64,000 nt of DNA. Source: an uncultured Bacteroidota bacterium (GTDB lineage Bacteria; Bacteroidota; Bacteroidia; JABEUT01). The stretch is taken from assembly GCA_963767125.1 (NCBI GenBank), contig CAVYDB010000049.1, positions 125,171-189,170 on the forward strand, read 5' to 3'. The position numbers were made by a program, and so were the translations under genes. The notes under the pieces are model-generated. The model had not been told where the DNA came from. It worked only from the letters and a program-made list of their open reading frames with translations, and ran no database searches. The first letter of the stretch is position 1. Every line of letters begins with the position of its first letter. Shown here in pieces: positions 55,524 through 64,000 of this stretch.

Positions 55524-58500
55524 ATGCAACTGAAGCTAAAAAAATATGCTTTTCTGCTTTTCCTTTTTCCTTTTTCCTTTTTCCTTTTCCCTTTAAAAGC
55601 GCAGCCTTTTAGTCCGTCTCTTTTCAATTGTATGAAATGGAGGTGCATAGGTCCTTTCAGGGGCGGGCGAACTATTGGAGCATGTGGTGTTCCGGGGCAT
55701 CCCAATATTTTTTACATAGGGGTGAATGATGGCGGAGTATGGAAAACTGATGACTATGGCAGAACCTGGCAACCCTTGTTTGACGAGCAATCTACAGGTT
55801 CTATCGGCGATGTAGCAGTGGCGCCATCCAATCCAAATGTAATATATGTGGGAAGCGGAGAAGGAGTACAGCGTCCCGATTTATCAGTTGGAAATGGGAT
55901 GTATAAATCTACCGATGGGGGGAAAACCTGGAAAAATCTCGGGTTGGCAGATGGCTACCAGATTGGCGGACTTGCCATTGACCCGAAAAACGAGAACCGG
56001 GTATTTGTCGCTGTATTGGGGCATCCTTATGGACCCAATATTGAGCGAGGCGTTTATCGCACTACCGATGGGGGCAAAAACTGGAAAAAGGTTTTTTATA
56101 TAGATGAAAACACGGGAGCAATACAAGTAGCCATAGACCCCGCTAATACCAATATTATATATGCTGACATGTTTGCTGCCCGGCAGGGTCCCTGGGAAAA
56201 TGCAGACTTAGGCTTTACAGGCGGTACCAACGGCTTATTTAAATCAACCGATGGAGGCAAAAACTGGAAGAAGTTAGAAAAAGGCTTGCCGGGAAAAGCA
56301 GAGGGCTTAGGCAGAATTGGCTTTTGTATTGCACCCTCTAAACCCGACCGATTATACGCTGTGGTAAGTTCAAAAAAAATGGGTGGCATTTACCGTAGCG
56401 ACGATGCCGGAGAATCATGGATTTTATTGAACAATGACATAAAATATTGGGATCGGGGAGATGATTTTGCTGAAATAAAAGCCGACCCAACTAATCCGAA
56501 CATTGTTTATGATATAAATGTAGTAAGCTGGAAATCGGTGGATAGCGGAAGAACATGGACAGGCTGGAAAGGCGCCCCGGGCGGAGATGACTATCACCGC
56601 CTATGGATTAATCCCGATGACCCCAATATTATTTTATTGGCGGCAGACCAGGGAGCAGCCGTTACTGTGAACGGAGGCAGAACATGGAGTTCCTGGTATA
56701 ACCAGCCAACTGCACAACTTTACCATGTTAGCGCCGATAATGCATTCCCATACAACGTATATGGCGGGCAGCAGGAGAGCGGCTCGGTAGGTATTGCTTC
56801 CCGTGGGAATGACGGACAAATTACCGACCGTGACTGGCATCCTGTTGATGCCGAAGAATGGGGTTATGTAGTTGCTGACCCCTATAATTCAAATATTGTT
56901 TATGGCGGAAAAATAACAAAATATGATAAACTCACCGGGCAGGTACAAGACATATCTCCCGATTGCCATGATGGAAAATATAGGTTCCTGCGAACAGCGC
57001 CGATGCTGTTCTCACCTGTTGATGGTAAGGCGCTTTATTATGCAGGAAATGTAATTTTCAAAACTATGGACGGTGGCAATTCATGGAACGTAATCTCTCC
57101 CGACCTTACCCGCACAAGCTATGATATTCCTGCATCGGTAGGAATTTATTCCAACGACACCATGAAGCACATGAAGCCCCGGGGAGTGGTTTATACGATG
57201 GCTCTGTCGAAGTTAGATGAGAACATCGTCTGGGCAGGTTCCGATGATGGACTGATTCATGTAACCCATAATGGTGGCAGAGATTGGGACGATGTAACCC
57301 CTCCTTCCATAACAGACTGGAATAAAATATCGATGCTGGAAGCAAGTCACTTTGATGTATATACTGCTTATGCAGCCGTAAATTGCATCCGGGTTGATGA
57401 TGAACACCCGCATATTTACCGCACTAAAGACGATGGAAAAACCTGGCAGGAAATTGTGAATGGATTGCCCAATGGACCTATCAATTCAGTAAAAGAAGAC
57501 CCGGCGCGAAAAGGCTTGTTGTTTGCGGGCTCTGAAAATGCAGTGTATGTTTCCTTTGATGACGGCGACCATTGGCAATCGCTGCGGCTGAATATGCCGG
57601 CAACTTCTATCCGCGATTTAATCATAAAAGGTAGCGATTTGGTAGTCGCTACACATGGGCGTTCTTTCTGGATACTGGATGATATTACTCCATTGAGGCA
57701 AATAGATAATACTACTTTGCAGGATGATGCAACACTCTACCAGCCTGAACAGGCATATAGGGTAAGATGGGATATGTGGTCTGATACTCCTTTGCCTGCT
57801 GATGAACCTGCGGGGAAAAACCCTCCCGATGGAGCCATTATTGATTATTATCTGAAAAAAAACAGTAAGGATACCGTACTACTTGATATACTTGATTCGG
57901 CAGAAAATATAGTGAGGCATTATACCAATAAAGACAGCATGTATAAAATTCCGGATTTAAATATTCCCTTATATTGGGTTCGCCCCCAGCAAATTTTATC
58001 AGGCGATTCAGGCGCACACCGTTTTTTATGGGATATGCACTACACACCTTTAAATATACCTCCCACCTACCCTATTTCTGCTATTGTCGGGGAGACCGCT
58101 CCGGCGGCTACATCACCCTGGGTGATGCCCGGAAATTATACTTTAATACTTACGGTAAACGGAGTGAGCCATACACAACCGCTTACTGTAAAAATGGACC
58201 CGAGGGTAAAAACACCATCTTCGGCTTTGCAACAACAGTGCGATTATTCCATGCTTTGCTACCATGACTTGCAAAAAATTGTGCCCTTATTACAAACGAT
58301 AAATTCTCTACAGGCACAGTTAAAAGCCCTGCCCGGAAAAATTTCTATGAATGAAAATCATGACAGTCTTAGAAACGAAATTGATACCTGCTATTTTAAA
58401 TTAGGTATGCTGAATCGCCTTTTGACCGGAAGTGTGCCCGAAGGAAGAACATCGGTAGCTGATGAACTACAGCAGTTATTCGGTTCTATGGAAGGTACAG

Positions 58501-58655
58501 ATAATCAACCCACTACACAATCTATAAATGAAGTTACGGCAATGAATGAAAAATTTGAAAAGCAATGGCAAAACTGGAAATCCCTCCGGCAAGAACTGAA
58601 GCAGCTAAACTCATTATTAAAAGCGGAAGGGTTGCCGGAAGTGAAGTGGGAATAG
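55524..58655 (+). CDS. Secreted BNR/Asp-box repeat protein of the sortilin/VPS10-like (xyloglucanase-like) family
   Basis: It has a signal peptide and repeated S.DGG.TW motifs (TDDYGRTWQ, STDGGKTWK, TTDGGKNWK, SDDAGESW, SVDSGRTWT, TVNGGRTWS, TMDGGNSWN, TKDDGKTWQ, SFDDGDHWQ). Confidence 0.8.
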   Translation: MQLKLKKYAFLLFLFPFSFFLFPLKAQPFSPSLFNCMKWRCIGPFRGGRTIGACGVPGHPNIFYIGVNDGGVWKTDDYGRTWQPLFDEQSTGSIGDVAVAPSNPNVIYVGSGEGVQRPDLSVGNGMYKSTDGGKTWKNLGLADGYQIGGLAIDPKNENRVFVAVLGHPYGPNIERGVYRTTDGGKNWKKVFYIDENTGAIQVAIDPANTNIIYADMFAARQGPWENADLGFTGGTNGLFKSTDGGKNWKKLEKGLPGKAEGLGRIGFCIAPSKPDRLYAVVSSKKMGGIYRSDDAGESWILLNNDIKYWDRGDDFAEIKADPTNPNIVYDINVVSWKSVDSGRTWTGWKGAPGGDDYHRLWINPDDPNIILLAADQGAAVTVNGGRTWSSWYNQPTAQLYHVSADNAFPYNVYGGQQESGSVGIASRGNDGQITDRDWHPVDAEEWGYVVADPYNSNIVYGGKITKYDKLTGQVQDISPDCHDGKYRFLRTAPMLFSPVDGKALYYAGNVIFKTMDGGNSWNVISPDLTRTSYDIPASVGIYSNDTMKHMKPRGVVYTMALSKLDENIVWAGSDDGLIHVTHNGGRDWDDVTPPSITDWNKISMLEASHFDVYTAYAAVNCIRVDDEHPHIYRTKDDGKTWQEIVNGLPNGPINSVKEDPARKGLLFAGSENAVYVSFDDGDHWQSLRLNMPATSIRDLIIKGSDLVVATHGRSFWILDDITPLRQIDNTTLQDDATLYQPEQAYRVRWDMWSDTPLPADEPAGKNPPDGAIIDYYLKKNSKDTVLLDILDSAENIVRHYTNKDSMYKIPDLNIPLYWVRPQQILSGDSGAHRFLWDMHYTPLNIPPTYPISAIVGETAPAATSPWVMPGNYTLILTVNGVSHTQPLTVKMDPRVKTPSSALQQQCDYSMLCYHDLQKIVPLLQTINSLQAQLKALPGKISMNENHDSLRNEIDTCYFKLGMLNRLLTGSVPEGRTSVADELQQLFGSMEGTDNQPTTQSINEVTAMNEKFEKQWQNWKSLRQELKQLNSLLKAEGLPEVKWE

Positions 58656-58708
58656 ATTGTTACTATCTTACCTTAAACTCGTAATTTTGCGTTTTACTTT
58701 CGTCATTT

Positions 58709-59365
58709 ATGTCTATCCTTCCAGATATACGGGTTCCAAGTCATGAAATTTGGGTGACTTTAGTGTTATTTTTTTGCCTATTGTTATTTGTTTGGGTAAG
58801 GGTTACCAATCCACAAAAAATAACTTCTTTGGTCTCTGGTTTCATAAAGGGTGGCAGCACAGAGGAAAAAACCATTGCACCTGATTCTATTGCCCTTTTT
58901 TTTATTTTTATATGCACTTCCGCGCTTTTGTTGTTAAGGATATTACAGTTTCACGGTATTAAAACCAGGTTCAACAGCGGAGAAGAATTTTTAATACTTG
59001 GTTTATTACTCTTTTCTTATTATCTTTTAAAAACTGTTGTCTTATTTTTCTGTGGCTCCATTTTCCAGGTACAGTCAGATGCACGGGATTATACCAATGA
59101 AATATATTCTTCCGCCCACCTTGCCGCTGTGGGGTTATTAGTTGCAGTAATAATATTGACCTATGTAAGGGGTATAAATGAAAATTTAGCTGAAAAGTTT
59201 ATTATTACACTACTCGGATTAAGCCTTATTTACCGGACGATAAAAATGTTTATTATTATGATGAACAGGGGCTTACACGTGATATACTTATTTTTGTATC
59301 TTTGCACCCTCGAAATAATTCCACTCGTGCTTTTATACGAATGCAGAAATGGTATTAGTTTCTAA
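58709..59365 (+). CDS. DUF4271-like polytopic membrane protein, which typically precedes hemD in Bacteroidota
   Basis: It has five or six TM helices. The gene order matches the conserved DUF4271-hemD pairing. Confidence 0.55.
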   Translation: MSILPDIRVPSHEIWVTLVLFFCLLLFVWVRVTNPQKITSLVSGFIKGGSTEEKTIAPDSIALFFIFICTSALLLLRILQFHGIKTRFNSGEEFLILGLLLFSYYLLKTVVLFFCGSIFQVQSDARDYTNEIYSSAHLAAVGLLVAVIILTYVRGINENLAEKFIITLLGLSLIYRTIKMFIIMMNRGLHVIYLFLYLCTLEIIPLVLLYECRNGISF

Positions 59366-59402
59366 TCTCGCCCCAAAAAGTGTGTAGGAAAGTTTACAGT
59401 TA

Positions 59403-60494
59403 ATGAAGATTAAAAAAATACTTATTTCACAACCCAAGCCGGAGCTGGAACGTTCTCCTTATTTTGAGCTTGCCAAAAATTTTGGGGTGGAAATTCATTT
59501 TCGCCCGTTTGTTCAGGTAGAAGGTATCCCGGCAAGGGAATTCCGAAAACATCGAATAGACATTTTATCCTACACGGCAGTAATAATGACCAGCAAAAAT
59601 GCGGTTGACCATTTCTTCCGGATTTGTGCAGAAATGCGGATTATAGTTCCGGAAACAATGAAGTATTTTTGTATTTCTGAAACCACCGCATACTATCTTC
59701 AAAAGTATATTCAATTCCGGAAACGGAAAATTTTTTACAGCAATCTTTCTTATGCCGACCTGGTGGAGCTAATCCGCAAAAAACATAAGGACGATAAATA
59801 TTTACTGCCTTGTTCTGATGCGCCTAATGAAGAATATACAACCCCCCTTGAAAAGGAAGGTATCAGGTATGTTAAAGCGCCCCTCTACAGAGCGGTTTTT
59901 ACGGACATAAAAGATGTGAACTTCTCGGAGTATGATATGGTAGTGTTATTTAGCTCGGCAGGCATAAGCTCATTATTCAACAGCTTTCCCGAGTACAAGC
60001 AAAATAATACGGTTATTGCCGCTTTTGGGGAACAAACAGCCAAAGCCGTTACCAATGCCGGTTTAAAGTTCCATATTGTAGCGCCTCAGCCCAATTCCCC
60101 CTCTATGGCATCGGCTATGGAACTATACCTGAAAGGGGAATATATACTTTCACCCGAACCATTCGCACCAATCCTTCCCTTAAAAAAAACAAGACCGGGA
60201 ACTGTAAAAAACCCTTCAAAGCCAGTATCTCCAAAGAAACCCAAACCAGTAAAGAAAGAACCCAAACAGGCAGTGAAAATACCAGTTGCTGCGAAACAAA
60301 TCAATAAGCCTTCTCCAAAGAAAAGCGCCCCCATTTTGAAAAAAGAGGTAGTGGCAAAAAAATCAACTATCACCGGGAAAAAGGGCAAAATAGTTTCCTC
60401 CCATAGCAAACCGGCAGCTAAAAAGAAAACCCCTTCTCCAAAAAAGAAACCAATAGCTAAGAAAGTTTCTAAAAGCGGAAAGGGTAAGAAGTAA
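59403..60494 (+). CDS. hemD: Uroporphyrinogen-III synthase (HemD-like) fused to a ~115-aa lysine/proline-rich histone H1-like C-terminal tail
   Basis: The N-terminal ~250 aa (ISQPKPELERSPYFELAKNFGVEIHFRPFVQVEG...) is HemD-like. The C-terminal tail reads KKTRPGTVKNPSKPVSPKKPKPVKKEPKQ...KKKPIAKKVSKSGKGKK. Confidence 0.75.
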   Translation: MKIKKILISQPKPELERSPYFELAKNFGVEIHFRPFVQVEGIPAREFRKHRIDILSYTAVIMTSKNAVDHFFRICAEMRIIVPETMKYFCISETTAYYLQKYIQFRKRKIFYSNLSYADLVELIRKKHKDDKYLLPCSDAPNEEYTTPLEKEGIRYVKAPLYRAVFTDIKDVNFSEYDMVVLFSSAGISSLFNSFPEYKQNNTVIAAFGEQTAKAVTNAGLKFHIVAPQPNSPSMASAMELYLKGEYILSPEPFAPILPLKKTRPGTVKNPSKPVSPKKPKPVKKEPKQAVKIPVAAKQINKPSPKKSAPILKKEVVAKKSTITGKKGKIVSSHSKPAAKKKTPSPKKKPIAKKVSKSGKGKK

Positions 60495-60515
60495 TATTCC
60501 TCTTTTTCATTTGTA

Positions 60516-60905
60516 ATGACAGAAGTACCCCGCAAAAAAACCTTGCGAAAACAGGAGCGTTTGTATGAAAAAAAAGCGCTCGAAACTGTGTTTGAAAAAG
60601 GGAATTCAATACACAATCCGCCTATAAGGTTATTATGGGCAATGGATAAGAAGGACTGTAAAAACCCGGTAAAAGTTGCTTTCACTGTTCCACGCAGAAT
60701 ATTTAAAAAAGCTGTTTCACGTAATCTTTTGAAAAGAAGGATGCGGGAGGCATACCGGAATAACAAGATTTTTAAAACGGGTTCAGGTGAAACTTATAAC
60801 CTGGTTTTTATTTATACAGCCCATAAAATAAACCCTTATGCGGAAATAGAATCTAAAATTGTACTAACTTTACAACACTTTAAAACTGCCACCGGTGCTG
60901 AGTAA
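60516..60905 (+). CDS. rnpA: Ribonuclease P protein component
   Basis: ...[22 protein letters not shown]...[26 protein letters not shown] is present, followed by yidD. Confidence 0.85.
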   Translation: MTEVPRKKTLRKQERLYEKKALETVFEKGNSIHNPPIRLLWAMDKKDCKNPVKVAFTVPRRIFKKAVSRNLLKRRMREAYRNNKIFKTGSGETYNLVFIYTAHKINPYAEIESKIVLTLQHFKTATGAE

Positions 60906-61110
60906 ATTTCTGATACTGCTGATAGGTATATATCAAAAGATGATTTCTCCCTGGCTTATGCCTTCGTGCCGCTATACCCCCACCTGCTCAGAATATGGCA
61001 AACAAGCCCTTCGCAAATATGGGGCGTGGAAAGGTTCTGCACTTGCCATAAAAAGAATATTATCGTGTCACCCTTTGAGCCGCAGAAGCGGTTATGATCC
61101 TGTTCCTTAA
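60895..61110 (+). CDS. yidD: Membrane protein insertion efficiency factor YidD
   Basis: ...[27 protein letters not shown]... Confidence 0.9.
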   Translation: MLSKFLILLIGIYQKMISPWLMPSCRYTPTCSEYGKQALRKYGAWKGSALAIKRILSCHPLSRRSGYDPVP

Positions 61111-61119
61111 AATAATTTT

Positions 61120-62856
61120 ATGATGAAACGTTTTTTTCAGAGAGTGAAGAAATTACACTTTTTACTGGTAGCCTTAGCTGTTGGGAGCTATGCCTTTCTG
61201 TCATTTAGCTATGCAGATAACTATTTTGAAATTTCAAAAAACCTTGATATAATGACTACCATGCTCAAGGAGTTGGACCTTCATTACGTAGATACTATTA
61301 ACCCCGGTCAACTGATTAAAACAGGCATGGACGCTATGCTTGAAACACTGGACCCTTATACCGATTACATTCCTGAATCTGAAATTGAAGATTTCCGCTT
61401 TATGACTACCGGTGAATATGGAGGTATCGGGGCGCTCATCCAAAAAGACAGCACCTATGTTGAGGTGGCTGAACCTTATGAAAACTCACCAGCCACCAAA
61501 GCGGGGATAAAAGCCGGTGACAGGATACTTAAAGTGGACGGAATATCCCTCGCAGGAAAATCTACCGATGATGTAGGAAGGCTTTTAAAGGGGCAGCCGG
61601 GTACTGCTATCAAATTGATGGTAATTTCTCCCAACAACCCTTCCCCTGTCGAAAAAACCCTGATAAGGGAAGCCATTACAGTAAGTAATGTACCTTATTA
61701 TGGTATGATTTCGGATGACATTGGATATATACGCCTTACCGAGTTTACAAGTGATGCGGGAAAAAATGTTAGAAATGCCCTTGTTGAACTCAAAAAGAAC
61801 CCCGGCCTGAAAGGTGTGGTGTTAGATTTGAGAAACAACCCCGGCGGATTGTTGAATGAAGCTATTGAAGTAACAAATGTATTCATTCCGAAAAACCAGT
61901 TGGTGGTTAATACAAAGGCGAGGATGAAAGAATGGAACCATACTGATGTAACCTCTAACGACCCGGTTGATTCAAGCATCCGTGTCGCCGTATTGGTTAA
62001 CAGCGGGTCAGCATCCGCATCAGAAATTGTTACCGGTACCTTGCAGGACCTTGACAGGGGTATAGTAATTGGGACAAGAACTTACGGAAAAGGATTGGTC
62101 CAGCAGACAAGACCTTTGAGTTACGATGCCCAGCTTAAATTTACCATTGCCAAATATTATATTCCCAGTGGCAGATGCATACAGGTGCTTGATTACTCTC
62201 ACCGGAACCCGGATGGCAGCGTAAGTAAAGTTCCCGATTCATTAACATCGGCTTTCCGTACCAAGCATGGAAGAGTAGTATATGATGGGGGAGGGATACA
62301 GCCGGATATAAAAATGGAACCCCATAAATACAGCGCCGTAACTATTAACCTGCAAACACAATTTTTAATTTTCAACTATGCTACGGATTATGCTTTAAAG
62401 CACCCGACTATTGCAGAAGCCTCTAAATTCTCTTTAACCGATGATGAATATAATGAATTTGTGACTTTTGTTAAAAACCGGAATTTTAAATACAACACTA
62501 AGACCGATGAACTACTCAAGCAATTGAAAGAGAGCAGTAAAAATGAAAACTATTACGATGACTTGAAAGATTCATATTCGACCATTTCAAGCCAGATTGA
62601 TGAAGCAAAAAAGAATGACATGATAAAAAACAAGGCGGAAATTAAAGAACTGCTTGAAAATGAAATTGCTTCCCGCTATTATTATGATAAAGGGCGTATC
62701 CAGGTGGACCTGAAAAACGATAAGGAAGCCACTATGGGAATAGCGTTACTTAACAATGAAAGCAAATACGACTCTATTATAACAACGATAGCTCCAGCTA
62801 CCCGTCCATTCCATAACCCTGCACAGCGTTCATGGAACCCATCACAGGCGAGATAA
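61120..62856 (+). CDS. S41-family C-terminal processing (tail-specific) peptidase with a PDZ domain
   Basis: The PDZ domain reads (GIKAGDRILKVDGISLAG). The S41 catalytic region reads (...VLVNSGSASASEIVTGTLQDLDRGIVIGTRTYGKGLVQ). Confidence 0.9.
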   Translation: MMKRFFQRVKKLHFLLVALAVGSYAFLSFSYADNYFEISKNLDIMTTMLKELDLHYVDTINPGQLIKTGMDAMLETLDPYTDYIPESEIEDFRFMTTGEYGGIGALIQKDSTYVEVAEPYENSPATKAGIKAGDRILKVDGISLAGKSTDDVGRLLKGQPGTAIKLMVISPNNPSPVEKTLIREAITVSNVPYYGMISDDIGYIRLTEFTSDAGKNVRNALVELKKNPGLKGVVLDLRNNPGGLLNEAIEVTNVFIPKNQLVVNTKARMKEWNHTDVTSNDPVDSSIRVAVLVNSGSASASEIVTGTLQDLDRGIVIGTRTYGKGLVQQTRPLSYDAQLKFTIAKYYIPSGRCIQVLDYSHRNPDGSVSKVPDSLTSAFRTKHGRVVYDGGGIQPDIKMEPHKYSAVTINLQTQFLIFNYATDYALKHPTIAEASKFSLTDDEYNEFVTFVKNRNFKYNTKTDELLKQLKESSKNENYYDDLKDSYSTISSQIDEAKKNDMIKNKAEIKELLENEIASRYYYDKGRIQVDLKNDKEATMGIALLNNESKYDSIITTIAPATRPFHNPAQRSWNPSQAR

Positions 62857-62911
62857 GGTTTATTAAATTGTTTTCTTTTACCCTTCAGGCTTGCCGGATT
62901 TTTCATTAACT

Positions 62912-64000
62912 TCAGCTACCGCCTCCGCTATCACCACCCATATCGGGGCCCATATCAATATTATTGTTTTTCCGCTTAAAAATGGAAATATCCATTTGCC
63001 CAAAGCGATAGCTAAAGTTAATAGACATGAATCTGGCATCTCTTCTGCGAGAAGTAGTTTGGTAATATAAAGGGAATCCATTTTCATCTGTTGCGGTTAC
63101 ATCAGTGCCATTAACAGCAGTAGCAAAAATATCGCGTATGTTAAACGTGACAGATGCCTTATTATTTTTCAGAAATTCCTTTTTAATAGCCCCGTCAAGT
63201 GTATAAGTTGGCAGTATATATCCGTTGGATGATGGGGTAATGCCCCCTCCGCCAAAACCACCTCCCCATCTGCCACCTCCTCCACCGTCAGGAGAAATTT
63301 CTGTTTTAGACTGGTAACTTCCGTTAAACTGGATAGTGAAATTTTTTGGGAGTTTAAAGGTAAGGTTCAATTTGGCAAAATAACTAAGGTAAGGTTTGGC
63401 TGTATCTGGAACATTCAAATTGGTAGCATTAATCCCCGATTCATACAAATTGTAGTTAGCTGTAACATCAAGCCATTTTAAGGGAGAAACCTGTAAAGTT
63501 ATTTCTCCTCCTTCAGAATAACCATAGTTGGCGTTTTCATATTTATTAATGTAACTTTCCTGCATTAACTGGGAATTATACCCTGTCGAGTCAGATTGGT
63601 TTGAAATAAGGTCGTAAGTAATTTTATAGTAAGCAGATAACAGCAAGGAACTTCTTTTATCGAACGTATGCATATAGTTCAGCTCAAATGAATTCATATA
63701 CGCCGGCTTCAAATTAGGATTTGCTAATTGAATATTGGAAGGGTTAGAATAATTATTAACGACTAACTGGCTAAAGGAAGGACGGCTAATATGAGTAGTA
63801 TAACTTAATTGCAAATCGCTTTTCTCGGTCAAATGATATGTTACAAATGCCCCCGGAAAAGGTTTTAATAGTGATTGGATATTTAATGGTGTCGTGGTAG
63901 TGGTATCCGTCAGGTTTCCACTATAAAAAGATTGTTCCACACGAAGGGCTACCTGGTAGCTAAGCCTGCTCGTTAAATCATGGCTGAACGTGAAATAGGC
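62912..64000 (-). CDS. Outer-membrane beta-barrel (TonB-dependent-receptor-like C-terminal barrel) protein. It is partial; the N-terminus lies beyond the window end.
   Basis: The frame stays open upstream of the annotated start to nt 64000. It has alternating amphipathic strands, glycine-rich loops (DGGGGGRWGGGFGGGG) and a terminal aromatic. Confidence 0.55.
   Translation of the reverse strand, partial: AYFTFSHDLTSRLSYQVALRVEQSFYSGNLTDTTTTTPLNIQSLLKPFPGAFVTYHLTEKSDLQLSYTTHISRPSFSQLVVNNYSNPSNIQLANPNLKPAYMNSFELNYMHTFDKRSSLLLSAYYKITYDLISNQSDSTGYNSQLMQESYINKYENANYGYSEGGEITLQVSPLKWLDVTANYNLYESGINATNLNVPDTAKPYLSYFAKLNLTFKLPKNFTIQFNGSYQSKTEISPDGGGGGRWGGGFGGGGITPSSNGYILPTYTLDGAIKKEFLKNNKASVTFNIRDIFATAVNGTDVTATDENGFPLYYQTTSRRRDARFMSINFSYRFGQMDISIFKRKNNNIDMGPDMGGDSGGGS

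Noticed and set aside
60086-60766. 226-aa minus-strand ORF antisense to the hemD tail and rnpA
   Set aside because: It is the antisense of Lys-codon (AAA/AAG) repeats, which produces a Phe/Leu-rich pseudo-protein. The sense-strand genes have clear homology.

Overview
This 64-kb window is AT-rich and looks like Bacteroidota chromosome, probably Chitinophagaceae or Sphingobacteriia. The evidence is type-A T9SS C-terminal sorting domains, the DUF4271-hemD and rnpA-yidD gene orders, and no Shine-Dalgarno usage. Three giant paralogous surface/adhesin-like T9SS cargo genes (9.4, 6.6 and 3.9 kb, all on the minus strand) dominate the window. They are built from PATR-type beta-helix repeats, dozens of SprB-type cysteine repeats, GloVer-type beta-propeller repeats and an unusual ~430-aa poly-glycine module that is tandemly duplicated inside the second gene. 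The first two giant genes are each preceded by a conserved ~110-bp palindromic upstream element and sit directly downstream of an orphan LytTR response regulator. The rest of the window holds two-component sensors, a YfhO/GT2-methyltransferase/GT4/GDPD envelope-glycosylation cluster, radA, an OmpA/TolB-like protein, a BNR/sortilin-like protein, hemD fused to a lysine-rich tail, rnpA-yidD, an S41 peptidase and several outer-membrane beta-barrels. Ordinary-sized genes are disrupted by frameshifts or in-frame stops unusually often (GH92, GT4, RluA synthase, a histidine kinase, a YraN-like nuclease and an AbrB-like small ORF), while the giant ORFs are intact. Two families of small intergenic repeats are also present, one MITE-like with long inverted-repeat arms and one REP-like hairpin family. 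I found no rRNA, tRNA or CRISPR array.
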